A stretch of DNA of 64,000 nucleotides from Rhynchobatus australiae (lineage: Eukaryota): positions 27,215,604 to 27,279,603 of the forward strand of contig JAUZTB010000076.1 in NCBI GenBank assembly GCA_034780895.1, written 5' to 3'. The translations under genes and the position numbers were made by a program. Shown here in pieces: positions 12,873-25,747 of the stretch. Position 1 is the stretch's first letter, and every line of letters begins with the position of its first letter. Below the pieces are notes generated by a model. The model did not search any database, was not told the origin of the DNA, and worked only from the letters and a program-made list of their open reading frames with translations.

Positions 12873-13027
12873 TCATCCTGCTCGTCACAGGAGAAACTTC
12901 ACCAGCTGCCATATCAACCAACGGCCGATGAACTGCATTTCCTCAGCAAGCACTTCAGCACGGAGAGCATCACAGATGATGATGGACGACAGTCTCCTGC
13001 CATGCGTCCTCGATCACGTAGCCTCAG
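12873..13027 (+). CDS. MAST2: MAST2-like exon, DUF1908 region ([51 protein letters not shown])
   Basis: cacag| acceptor and AG|gtcagt donor; 155 nt, phase 0 to 2. HFSTES and GRQSPAMRP match MAST2 as recalled. Confidence 0.93.
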
Positions 13028-13899
13028 GTCAGTGGTATAAAAATAAATCTTGGCAAACACATTAGTTAAATATAATACTACTAAAGTAGAATTTGCAGTG
13101 AGGACACAGTGCATTTATTTGAATTACCATGGCTGTAGAGTACTGATGTATTTGAAACATTTAATAATTATTGGACATGGTTTTCAGTAAAGACAAGGTT
13201 CAACAAAAGCTTTCTTTCTAAATCTTCAGCTCTTTATTTATTAAGATGAATTGCATAGCTGGATAGGGAGGCAAGGAGTTGTTTTATCTAAATATTTGTA
13301 AATGGGGGAATTCCATGGTGCTCATCAGGAATTATTATCAACATATGACCTTGTTGGTTCAAATGTTAGTGATACCCCAACCATGGTTTAGGTCCTTCAA
13401 ATTCCAGTGTTGAACTATTTTTTCCACCTTAAATTATTTTGGCAGTCTTTGTTAATCTGATATATTGTTGTGGTAATAATCTTACAACATGGATTCATAG
13501 TTATTGATGCCAAATCTTGCTGGTTAGAATCAGTAGTTTGAGATCAGCCATTTTAAATTTCTATAAGTCTTGGACTTTTGTGCATCTGTAGTCAAATATG
13601 GTATTCCAAGATCTACTGGAGTCCAGTCTTACTGTGATGCCTTATCACTATGCTGGAGAACCAGGCACAGGATCTGAAAATCATTGACCTCTCTAGGGAT
13701 TCTAGGGCCGTGGATTAGGAAGGAAAGGGGAAGGTAAGCTTAAATGTTTGAAAAAAATACTTTCCTTTAATGCTTGTAATTATTTCAGTATTCTTCATGC
13801 ACTTTTACTGATTCAAACTTTTCAACTTCATTTAAATTAGCTTCATCAATATTAATTGTTCATCGTTTGCTAGAGACATTAAATGGTTAAAACAGTGCT

Positions 13900-14020
13900 A
13901 AGGTGAGATGAAAGATCATGCATCTGAAACTCTGTTTCTCTCTCCACGGATGTTGCCTGATCTAATATATATTTTCTGTTTTAATTTCAGATTTTCAGGA
14001 TCTGCAATTTTTTTCTTTCT
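13900..14020 (+). mobile_element. Penelope pLTR fragment
   Basis: tgtttctctctccacggatgttgcctgatct...cagattttcaggatctgca, homologous to the other pLTR pieces in the window. Confidence 0.6.
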
Positions 14021-14302
14021 GTCTTTTCGTGGTTGTATTGCAATAGTTTACGTTAGTGGGAGAATAATTTCAGTGTTGCATACCTGTATGAGCAGTGTGT
14101 CTATTCAATAAATCAGATTAAAGAATCTTTACTGAGGCACATGATCTAAACCAGGTAGTGAAAATTGGAATGCCTAGTCCAATGTAAAATTGTCTATGGA
14201 AAGTAAAATAAAGACTGGGATAGAAAATGAGATTAAGAAAAAAGAGACAGAAATTGATTTTATCTTTTACCAACTTTTAACTATCTCACCATAATTAATC
14301 TC

Positions 14303-14320
14303 TGAATGAATGAATGAATG
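14303..14320 (+). repeat. (TGAA)n microsatellite
   Basis: tgaatgaatgaatgaatg. Confidence 0.8.
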
Positions 14321-15786
14321 TCAAAGAAATTGTTTGATAATGATAATCAAANNNNNNNNNNNNNNNNNNNNNNNNNNNNNNNNNNNNNNNNNNNNNNNNN
14401 NNNNNNNNNNNNNNNNNNNNNNNNNNNNNNNNNNNNNNNNNNNNNNNNNNNTCAAAGAAATTGTTTGATAATGATAATCAAATGGTTAAAAATTCATTCA
14501 CAACAGTGATGAGCCCCAACAGTCTTTGGTGGGTTTAGGAAAGTACTAAACTTGAATGCTGTTGTAGCTTTAATGCTAAGTCTCTTGATTTTCTGGTTCA
14601 GTAAAGTTTGTGGAGGAACAGGGCAACCCAAAACTTAATTTTACATGTTATGATTCTGAAAGTTGCTGTCTGATTTACTTCACCTCAGAAATGGATGCAT
14701 TACTGATGTGAAGTAAATCACATCATTATTATTTGAAAATCTGGACAATTTCTTGGAAGTATTCTGGTCAAATTACAATTACTTCCATAACCGCACCTTT
14801 AGTACATTAGTTTTGAGTCACTCTAAATGTTTACACTGATATTTTTTTAATGTATTTCCACTTAATACAATTGCATAAAATGTTTTTGTCATTGAAAGTA
14901 TCATCTAATTCACTCCACTGTCCTCTCTTTCTCCAGCAGCACTTTTGCCTTTAAAATTATGCATTATCATACACAAAATTTTAATATTGTGTCCAGTGAA
15001 CTAATTACTTTGAGAATTAGAATTCTGCTACTCAACAAAATAGTGAAATGTTGGGTTGAATCAAGAATGTGAAATCCTTATTTTCAACTCTGCGCCATTT
15101 CCACAAACACACAAACCTCGTCTCAATTTTGGGCCTAGCTGTCAAAGCCGTCCTGAAAGGGTGATGGGATGGTGGAATCTGAGGCCCCACCTCTGAACTG
15201 CACTGATGCCTAAAAACAGATGATCTCACTATTGCATGGTGAGGGACATTGAACAACAAACAAAATAGATTTTTTAAATAAAAGAACAATAATGAAGCAT
15301 AATAAATTTACTCAAAAACACATTTAACTCATTGAAAATAAAAATCAGAATGAGTAAGATTTAAAAAAAAGAAAACTGCAAATGAATGAGGTTTTGCTGC
15401 ACGTGTGACATAAAGATGAGGGGTCAGATACTCAGCATGACCAAGCGCTACCCCTGCAGTGCTGAATTCAGTGATACAGTAAGAGACAGAATGCATTGGC
15501 ATCTGACCTCCAGTGTGTTCTTGACCTCTGCATTGCAATGCACAGGTATGCACAGGTGGGGAAGTGCTGGCCACCAGCAGTGTGTGGGCTAAGAATGTGC
15601 TGGCCCTCACACTGCTGGTAATCAGCACTTCCCCACAGATGCAGCTAACCATCTCTACAATCTAGCCCAAATGTTGTGCAGTGCTGNNNNNNNNNNNNNN
15701 NNNNNNNNNNNNNNNNNNNNNNNNNNNNNNNNNNNNNNNNNNNNNNNNNNNNNNNNNNNNNNNNNNNNNNNNNNNNNNNNNNNNNN

Positions 15787-16035
15787 GGAGGGAGGAGAGA
15801 ATGTCTGGGTTGAGTGGGGTCTTTGATTATGCTGGCTGCTTCACTGAGGCAGCGAGAAGTGTAGACAGAGTCCATGGAAGGGAGGCTGGTTTCCGTGATG
15901 TGCTGAGCTGTGTCCACAGCTCTCTGCAGTTTCTTGCAGCCTCAGACAGAGCAGTTGCCGTACCAAGCCATGATCATCCGGATAGGATGCTTTCTATGGT
16001 GCAACTGTAAAAATTGGTGTGTGCCAAATGGGACA
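15787..16035 (-). mobile_element. Rex1/Babar LINE fragment
   Basis: ORF 15645..15917 reads AQHITETSLPSMDSVYTSRCLSEAASIIKDPTQPRHSLL. Confidence 0.8.
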
Positions 16036-16649
16036 TGAGAAATTTCCCCAGGTCCAATGGTCAGATCGCCTCTAGATCAATGGTCAAGACTTCTTAACTA
16101 TAATGCTGGGAGGAAATGTGCTTCCCAACTGTTTAGTGTTGAGAGGTCCCTGGGTAGGTCGGTCTCTCATTATCTCATGCTGTCACTAATAAAGTTTGTC
16201 AAGTATAAATACCACACACTGAGCTCCTGAATTAGTTCTAAACCATCCTGCAGTAAATTCAACCATTCTCATTCAAATGAAGTGGCATTTAACACTGCTA
16301 TGTACTTTATTTGTATTAATTTTATTTGTGTGCCGGGAATTTGAGTGGCCTCAAGGTCATTATTAAACCTGCAAAAAAAATGTCAAAGTATGTTTTAAAT
16401 TGGCACTGTCAGGAGGTATTAAGGTGGATGACTAAAGCTTAGTCAAAGAGATAGGTGTTGAGGAGCTTCTTAAACAGGAAGAGAGAAGTGGGAAGGTGAG
16501 TATTTTATAATTATTTGTGTTCTGCTCATTTGTTGATCATGTAAAGTACCTTCTGTTCTCTGCACAATTGTCTCAAGTGATTATCTTTAAATCTTACAAT
16601 CTGATTGTCTGAAGATCCATCAAATGTTTCGTTTTCGAGGAAAATTAAG

Positions 16650-17150
16650 CAGGCTTGCTATTTTCACTGACGTGAAAGTCTAGAACAAGGGGACATAGTT
16701 ATAAAGAAGTGGTCATAGAATCATAATGTCGTAGAGATATACAGCATAGAAACAGGCTCTTCGGCCCAACTTGTCCATGCTAACCAAATTTGCCCAACTA
16801 AGCCAGTCCCATTTGCCTGTATTTGGCCCATACCCTTCTAAACCTCTTATTCATGTACCTGTCCAAATGTCTTAAGTATTGTAATTGTACCCACCTCTAC
16901 CAATTCCTCTGGCAGCTCATTCAATAGACGCACCATTCCTCTGTGTGAAAAGGTTGCCCCCCAGATCCCCTATAAAGCTTTCCCATCTCACCTTAAACCA
17001 GTGACGTGATGTGTGTAGAAATTTCTTTTCGCAGAGGGTGGCGAATCTCAAGGATTCTCTATCCTTGAGTTTGTGGAGCTGGAACATTAAATATATTTAA
17101 AGGGGATGCGGATACATTTTAGAAAGATTGGGGGATTGGGGGCCATGGGG
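16650..17150. mobile_element. Nested CR1 3' ends (a minus copy at about 16712-17003 inside a plus copy)
   Basis: The plus copy (SRTRGHSYK...RNFFSQRVANL) is split by the reverse-complement CR1 tail tacagcatagaaacaggctcttcggcccaac. Confidence 0.7.
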
Positions 17151-17266
17151 AACATCACTGCAATATCGTGAGCAGACAAAACTCTGGTTCTGGAGCAACT
17201 CGATGGTAAAACGTCACATCCATTTGCACAATTACATATTGATGACAGAAACCCTCACTATGCAAC

Positions 17267-17547
17267 AATTGGTATTGGTTTATTATTGTCACGTACCCAG
17301 GTACAGTGAAAAACTTGTCTTGCATACTGTTTGTGCAGGTCAATTCATTACACAGTGCATTGAGGTAGTGCAAGGTAAAAACAATTACAGAATACAGAGT
17401 AAAGTGTCACAGCTACAGGGAAGTGCATTGCAGGTAGATAATAAGGTTCAAGGTCAAACAAGGTAGATTGTGAGGCCAAGAGTCCATCTCATGGTATAAA
17501 GGAATCATTCAATAGTCTTATCACCGTGGGATAGAAGCTGTCCTTGG
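17267..17547 (-). mobile_element. Rex1/Babar LINE 3' end
   Basis: Reverse complement of the 70-338 sequence, including the attggtattggtt tail. Confidence 0.85.
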
Positions 17548-17745
17548 ACATCCATAATAAGCATTATACATATATCCAGTTTTCTTACATCATGAAGTCA
17601 GCAGCATGCGTCAGGTCACAATGGACTAGGGTCAGCGTGGAGTTAAAAGCAAACTGCTGGAGGGACTCAGGGACAAAGGCCTGAGTTATAGGAAGAGGTT
17701 GGGCAGGCTAGGATTTTATTCCTTGGAGTGTAGGAGACCAGGGGG

Positions 17746-17860
17746 TGATAAGATAAAATATCTTTTAGTCACATGTACATCAAAACACACAGTGAAATGC
17801 ATCTTTTGCGTAGTGTTCTGGGGGCAGCCCGCAAGTGTCGCCACGCTTCTGGCGCCAACA
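17746..17860 (-). mobile_element. SINE/LINE 3' tail fragment
   Basis: gataagataaaata simple tail followed by cacatgtacatc..cagtgaaatgc..gggggcagcccgcaagtgtcgccac; CpG-rich and young-looking. Confidence 0.55.
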
Positions 17861-20800
17861 GAAAGGCTGCTCGTTATTTTGTTCACCTTAGTTGCTCAAT
17901 CCATAAGGATGCTATGCAAGTTTGTGTTCCTATTCCCATTTCCCCCATTGGTTATCCTGCTGTGGGCCACATGTGCACTGTGCACATGTGATTAATGCAC
18001 AGACGGTGTGTAATACTTGCTGGATCATAAACCTTATAGTTACTACCTCCCACCCTGCTACCAAGAAATGTTTAATGTAGAATTGAGACCTTATCAACAA
18101 CAGCTTTCTGTCCCAAAGATCTAGTATTTTTATTTAATTATCAAAATAAATACCTGTATCAGTCCTTAGTGTATGTATTCTTGCTGTTCTCTTGCGATAC
18201 TATATTAAAATTTCAAGACTTGTTAGATGAATTAGTAGCCAGGTTTTCTACTGTCCAGTAATGGATGGCAGCTAAATAATATACTGATTTGATGGTTATT
18301 AATTTATTAGGCAAGCTCTAACTGAAAAATTACTTTAATGCCTTTACTGTCTAATACATTTATAATTGTGAAGGATGTTACTGGGAAGCTTACAATACCC
18401 TGCTCTCCCAAAGATGAGGTCATCAACAATTTGTCAGCTTTCCTTAAGTTCTATGCATCATTTCCAGAGTGGCAGGGAGGATTGATGACAATGAAAATAA
18501 AATTGCTGCATGATACTGAGCTGAAATTTATTAAGCACAAGGATGGCATAATAATTTCTCCCTGGGATTGAAATAGATGTTTTTAATGATAAAGATTTCT
18601 TTTCAATTCCATTTGAAAGATGTAGAAAAAACAGCTAAATTGCAGCTTTTCAACATTGTACCAAGATGAAACACAAGATTATAATTTTTCAGTTGTTTGC
18701 AATGTGTACAATGAAGTGACAAATTAAGGGACCTGTGGGACAATGAATATAATAGTATCAGATTTTGAAATTAATCCAGGATACTGAAACAGCAGAACCA
18801 GACCAGATACAATGTTTCATACCTTTTGAGGCTGAGATCTTCAACCATAGGAAGGATCAATAGTTAAATAACTATTTTAAAATTAGTATTATTTTCCCTT
18901 GTATTTTTGAAAAAAGAAGGATTTGGCCATCAGTTTTGATTTTCTTGCAGACATGATTTTTTCAGTATTACCTTTATAAAACCTGCATTCTTCTAGTTTA
19001 ATTCCTGATTAGTGGAACTGTTGGATTAACATTTTGTGTTTCATTATAATATACAATATCAATTATTAAATAATTTAATAAGAAAGTAATGNNNNNNNNN
19101 NCTATTTTCTCACTCTTCATTTCAATTTTAACTCAATTGTTTTATTTTTCCCCACTGTTAGCTTTTCAGTTTTGAAATGTCTTTTATAGAAGCATAATAA
19201 AACAAACATCAACAGACCAAAATGGCTTTTCATTAATTTATCACTGGTAAAAATAAAAAAAGGTTTGATTCATGCTATTGCATCTCATTTAACTTATTTT
19301 AACATTGAATACATGCAGGCACATTGCTGCTATTACCTCTTAGCTGCAAGAGTTAAACTTTAGTAAATAGTATGGGATGTGTATTTTGAGAACAGTGTAA
19401 TACAAAAGTTCTTAAGGAATACCTAAAGAATCCTTTACCTTATGAATAATTAGACATTACTTGTAAATCAGGCTGATTCAGCAGCAGTAATTTCCTAATT
19501 CACCCCTCACATCACTTTCAATGTCTTTGGTTTTATTTACTTTGAGAATATTTGAGATAGCAGTGCAAAATACATTTGTAATAAAGCCGCTGTATAGAAG
19601 TTTACAGAACGTAAAATATTACGACAGAGATGGGGACTATTCTGCCCAAAGTGTAGTTGCCACACTGTGAACATTAATATAAGCACTTCCATGAAATGAA
19701 AACAGAACATTTTGGAGACCTTTAATAAAAAATAAACTGTGCTGAAAATTCCAGAGAGCTCTCAAAAGTAATTTGCTCATCTTTTCCAGTATTTTCTGTT
19801 TTCTTGTCGGGTTGTGTGGAATTGTTACAGGGTTATTGCATCAGATTGTCGTATTGTTCCTAATTTCCCAACAAAATACATGATCGTTTCATTTGAAGAG
19901 AGAAATAAATTTAGATCCTGTACATAATACATTTATTTAATAATGTAATTTTAAATTAAGTGGCTTTACCTGTTAATTCTTGAGATTAGAGTAGAAAATT
20001 TCCACTCATTTGGGTATTAGGGACAATTGATTATTAAATGTTACAATTTCCTTTCAGTATTAAAATGTAATTCTGGTGAGTTGGGGTGAATAGAAATAAA
20101 TAGAAACTGGTGAAAGGACAGACAGCAGGAGCATGCTTTACAAAAGTTATCTTGTATTCAGATTAGGGCTAGGAAATGATTGTGAGGTAGCTGGTGCTCA
20201 GATTGGCACAACTTTATCTTGGATTCTTAAACTCCATGCTACGTCCTCAAAACTACGGTGATACTAAAGCAGGAGCGGCAATAGAATCAAAACCAGCTGT
20301 TGAGAAATTACAAAATATTCAAGCAAAATATGTCAGTGGATAGAACAAAGGCAGCTAAAAGTTGATAGGGATTATATAAATTGCTGCACATCAGGAGGGA
20401 GTACAGATGATACATGTATTAAAGGAATGGTTCTGGAATGATTCATTTTGACATTAGAAGTCATCTAGGGGTTCTGGTTGTTGATGAATAATGTGACCAA
20501 TTAACAAAATCAGTAGACTATTTGACCCACTTAGAGAAAGCAATTGAATAAAAGTTGCAGAAGGTAAAAAATAAACTTTGTTCTAACCACAGTATACCAT
20601 TGAATGCTGCATTCTGTCTGGTCACAGAAATGTGATATACAAATGTGAAAGGCAAACAGCAAAGTGCCATCAGGTTAATTGCAAGTACCAAGGGCATGAG
20701 TTAGGATTAAAGACTAGTGAAGTTTGTTTCCTTCAGTCTGGAAAGGAGGCATTTGTGTTCTTATTCGGTTATAGATTAATGGTTTGGAAACAGTAAACTC

Positions 20801-21860
20801 AGAACATCTTTTAATTCGACTGCCTGCTTAGAACAAGAGGATACTTCCATGAAACTGCAATAGGGTGTTTTTAAAACTAATATTTCTGATTTTTTTTCAT
20901 ACAAAGAGTAACCAACACATGGAGTAGAAATCTTAGAATCATTTGAGATATTTAGATTAAACACTTGTTATGGAGGTGTAGAATTTTCTCTAGACAAATG
21001 AATTCAATGGTACCAAATGTACATATCAATAGAGGTGGAATAAAGAGAGAAATATATAGAAGCTGTAAAATTAATCTTCTTGTGCAATTTAGAATTATGG
21101 TGACATCATGATACAGGGCTATTACACATAAATGTGAAAGCATGAACAATCTAAGGAATAAATTAAATATTTATTATAAGAAATAACAGAAATCACAAAA
21201 GAAAATTAAATTATTGCAACTTTTTGTTTATGTTCCTGTGTTGTATACTAAAATTAAACTGTGTAGCATTTTTGTTAGTGCAAAACCTTTACTTTCATGT
21301 AGATAAAAGCTAGTGGGATTATAATTATCAGAGGTAATAACAAAAATGGTATTTTAATCAGTATACAAAATGTTTGAGTCAGAGAGTCACAGAAACTGGC
21401 CCGATAGCCCACCGAGTCCACGCTGACCATCAACTACCCATTTACACAAATCCTACATGATATCCATTGAACTGGTTAATAGTTATTCTATTGAGAGAAC
21501 CAAGAAAGAAATGTAGTTATTCATTTTCAGCAACTGTTTGTGTTTGCTGAGATATTCAGAATCCGTAAACATAATAAAAATATTGACAAGGGAATGGGAA
21601 AATCTATTACTATTCCATTTGACAGAGAATCAGTAAAATCAATACCTGTCATTTGCTTTTTTGGAACAATTAGCTTTATAATTACATCTGTAATCTATTA
21701 CTTGTTTTTCATGACATAATGCACTGACTCACACAAGAGTCAGATTCAATGAAGCAGCAAATAATTCCCAAAGTTTGTAATGTAATCATTGATGAATAAA
21801 ATGTATTATGTTTCATTACTTACACTTTTTACATTTTTGCCTTTGTTTTAAAAAATGCAG

Positions 21861-21936
21861 TCCCGGGAGATCCCCTTGTTTCTATGACAATGAGATAGTA
21901 ATGATGAACCATGTGTATAAAGAAAGATTCCCCAAG
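21861..21936 (+). CDS. MAST2: MAST2-like exon ([26 protein letters not shown])
   Basis: tgcag| acceptor and AAG|gtgagt donor; 76 nt, phase 2 to 0; conserved [12 protein letters not shown]. Confidence 0.94.
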
Positions 21937-22119
21937 GTGAGTGGCGATTATTCCTTTTTTTTAAAAAAACTGTTTGTCCACATGTATGCTTTACAATTTA
22001 TTTAGTTGATGAACACCAAAAAAAAATGTAAACGGTGAAAATCTTGAAATAATACAGAAAATCCTAGAAACACTCAGCAGTTTTGGAGGAGCACAAACAT
22101 CTTAAATTAGTTTTAAGGT

Positions 22120-22900
22120 TTGAGCAGATTTAAAGATTAGACAGGATGAGATATTTTAAAAAGTAAGGATGAGAATTTTGAAGTCAAGTATTGCATAACT
22201 GGAAGCCATCGTTGGTCAGCAGGTACAGAGTTTAGTGGAACTGGATATGAATTAGATCACAGGCAGCAGATTTTTGGATATCCTCAGGTTTATGGAAGGT
22301 AGACTGTTGACAGCCAGTCAAGAGTATGTTGTAAATAGTCAAGATTGGAAGTAACAAAGTTAATGTTTTAACAGCAAGTGACTTAATGAATAAGATGGAG
22401 TCAAACAATATTACAATATAAAATAAGCAGATATATGGTTGCAAGCTGAACTTGGGCTCAAATATGACCCCAGGTTTCAAATAACTTCAAACAATTGCCA
22501 GACAATGGTATGTGTGTGTGGTCCGGGAGCTCATTTCGTGACAGGAACTGAAGACTTTTTTATTTGTTTGGAGGAACTTTCTGCTCATCCAGCACTTGAT
22601 GACAATTTAGAGACATTGATGGGGTGGTGGAGTGGACATTGATGTCATCAGCGTGAAGCTGAAGTGATATATTCTAAAGATAAAGTTGCTAAGGGGCAAT
22701 ATGTAGATATGAAGTAGGAATGGTCCAGTGTGAATAATTGAGAATGTTAAAGGTAATGGTGTGAAAGCAAGGAGAGAAACCTTTGCAGGAACAGGTTATC
22801 TGCTGGATATAGAGGAATCAAACCAGGCTTAGGCAGTCCCCTTAAGTTGACCAAGGGTTGTGTGCTGTTGACAGGATTGTGTGGCTAATCTTATTATGGG
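22120..22900 (-). mobile_element. Old L2-like LINE relic
   Basis: Purine-rich + strand; gtcatcagcgtg is the reverse complement of (Y/H)ADD; similar text at 31290-31840. Confidence 0.5.
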
Positions 22901-25244
22901 AACATATCCTCATCCAAATCCTGCACTACCCCTTTTAGGATTACATAGCAGCTAAATTAAACAGGTTTTAATGAATGGGGTTGCATAGTTTATATTTGTC
23001 ATTGTCATATTGGATTATAAAATTTATGATAATGTCTCAGTACCCAGCTTCTTTAATCCTGTAAATCAGTTTGATTGTTGTACATTTAGTGCTTCTTTTC
23101 CTTGATTCAATTTTAATCCTTCACTCTTTCAGTGAAATAATTGATGTTATTCTTGATGAAATGAAGTGTTTTGTAACATGCTCTCTCCCTTCTGCAAAAT
23201 TTGGCACAATATTTTAGTTCTGCCACACCTTCACCGTAAGAATTGAACTTACCATTGAAGTTATTTTCTTTACTTTGAATATCTAATGCTTACAGTTTGT
23301 ATAAATATATTTTTGAGCTGCTTGATACAACTTTATCGAAATGTGTGTTAGGTATTATCTAAATGCATTTCCAGCGGGACGCTTCTTTTGTTCACCTAAA
23401 TTGTTATATCTTATGGGAATCCTTCTTTGAAACCCTATTCTGACTCGATAATTCATTTCCTAGGTCTTTACAATTGTTCTCATTTCCTTTCTTAGAGATC
23501 CTTTTCAAGCAATTCTCTCTCTTGCCCCTACAATAGTCATCAAATCTTATGCCACTGACTCTGACCTTGGATTCTGATAGGATCTCTAGTGTTGGTTTCT
23601 ATCCTGTTATCCTTAAAATGTGTGCTTTTCTACCAGAAAGTAGCGGCCAAAGTCTTTATGAAANNNNNNNNNNNNNNNNNNNNNNNNNNNNNNNNNNNNN
23701 NNNNNNNNNNNNNNNNNNNNNNNNNNNNNNNNNNNNNNNNNNNNNNNNNNNNNNNNNNNNNNNTTGATGCCTTCTCTTCATTTACCTCATCCCTGTAAAA
23801 CTTTCCTCAATCTAGGAATGTATGTCAGGAAAAGCCATTGAAATCTAACTGGTTGGTCTTTTTGTGTGGAATTTATTCTCTTCAGTGAAACCTGTCTGAT
23901 AGGTCATTCATTCTCATCATTCTCACGGATATTGTTGGCAAGACCAGCATTTATTAGCTATCACTAAATGCCATGGCTCTACTTGAGTACGAGCAAACTG
24001 CCACAACAATTAATTCAGTCTATTCTCTGTGTTTCCATTGTCCTTAAAGTCTTTTTTTTGTTTACATTTCCCCCTCTTTGACATTTTATTTTAGTTGTGG
24101 AAGCCAGTGTTAGTTTATTGATTCCATGAAAATATTGGTCATTTGCCAATTTTGTTTTTTCTACTGTTTTGTTAGTCGGTTTGTTGCCCATGTTTCCATC
24201 TCTGGAATAGTGTTTCAGCACATTGAGTCATTTGTTACTTCAGTAAGCACTTAAAGACTGATTTGATCCAATGCAGTTATGAACAAGTTGCAATCATACT
24301 GCATTCCATTAGAAAGATATTTATAGCTATACATTTTCAAATTACAGATGACAATATTTTTATTCAGTACACAAAGAAGTTAATTAGTCTCTCTAATCTC
24401 TAACTTTCCATCACTCTTGCTTCAATATGTTAGAGTAGTGTTTATTATATGAAATTAGACACGGTAATTTTGGAAGCAAGTCCTCTCTTGGTAAGTTGTG
24501 CATGTATTATATAAATTTGTAGTCTTACTTTCAATAAAATGTGCAGGAAAGCTTCCAACTTGTTATAAAATCTCACATTTTTTTCCTCAGCATGCAATTC
24601 TGATCTGTCTTATGCAGTTTTCCCTTACTATCTTCTGAAACAATCCACTAATTATTACCATCATGCAAAAGTCACTATTTCAGGGAAATTAAGAATGTTC
24701 AATAAGTACATTCTTGCCGGGACCATCCTCATCTGTAAACTTATTGATACTCCTATGACCAGGGCTTCATTGAACTTTTCAGCCTAGTTTCTTTTAAGAT
24801 CCATTAACGTTTTACCATGCCTTGTTCTTGTATTCCCTATTGTCTTAAAATGTTGACTCAATTTGTGATTTTCTGATATCTCACTAGAGAACCTTCTGAG
24901 ATAATTTACATATTTAGCAATGCAGATCAAATATNNNNNNNNNNNNNNNNNNNNNNNNNNNNNNNNNNNNNNNNNNNNNNNNNNNNNNNNNNNNNNNNNN
25001 NNNNNNNNNNNNNNNNNNNNNNNNNNNNNNNNNNGCACAACATTATGGGGTGAAGGGCCTGTCCTGCACTGTACTATTCTATGTTCCATGTCCTAGAGAA
25101 GCTTGCATTACTGATGGTGCTGGTGCAGGAACACAAGTTCCTGCCCTCCTGGCTGCTGTGTACTGCTGTGCCAGGAAGTTGTGTGCCAGGAAACTGGCAT
25201 GAATCCAACAATGAGTCACTGTGCAGATCGGTATGGAGAAGCTT

Positions 25245-25503
25245 GGGGTGGCACGGTAGTGTCGTGGTTAGCAGGACTCTATCACAGCGCCAGCGATCGG
25301 AGTTCAATTCCCGTCGCTGTCTGTAAGGAGTTTGTATGTTCTCCTGTGTCTGCGTGGGTTTCCTCCGGGTGCTCCGGTTTCTTCCCACATTCTAAAGACA
25401 TATGGGTAGGTTAATAATGGGGATTAAAATGGGCGATGCAGACTCATTGGGTCAGAAGGGCCTGTTACCACACTGTAAATAAAATTTAAATATAAAATTT
25501 AAA
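25245..25503 (+). mobile_element. Full-length V-SINE (HE1-like)
   Basis: ggggtggcacggtagtgtcgtggttagc (A-box), gagttcaattccc (B-box), V-core, CR1-like tail and AT tail. Confidence 0.9.
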
Positions 25504-25537
25504 GAATAACCAATGGCAAACAAATTTCATTCAACAG

Positions 25538-25747
25538 GCCACGGCTCAAATGGAAGAGAACCTCCAGGAGTTCATCAAATCTAGTGCTCCTGAGAATGTG
25601 TTGCCGTTAGCTGATGGGGTTCTCAGCTTTATCCACCACCAGGTGATTGAGCTGGCTAGGGACTGCCTGGCGAAATCCCGAGATGGGCTCATCACTTCCA
25701 GATATTTCTTCGAGCTGCAAGAGAACTTGGAGAAGCTACTGCAAGAT
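25538..25747 (+). CDS. MAST2: MAST2-like exon ([12 protein letters not shown]...[12 protein letters not shown])
   Basis: aacag| acceptor and GAT|gtgagt donor; 210 nt, phase 0 to 0; matches ORF 25550..25795. Confidence 0.94.

Noticed and set aside
17850-17860. tggcgccaac as a tRNA-Lys primer binding site
   Set aside because: The match is imperfect, there is no adjacent LTR end, and it lies inside a SINE-like fragment.
25245-25325. tRNA gene
   Set aside because: The A/B boxes belong to a SINE head that is followed by the V-core and a LINE tail; there is no full cloverleaf.
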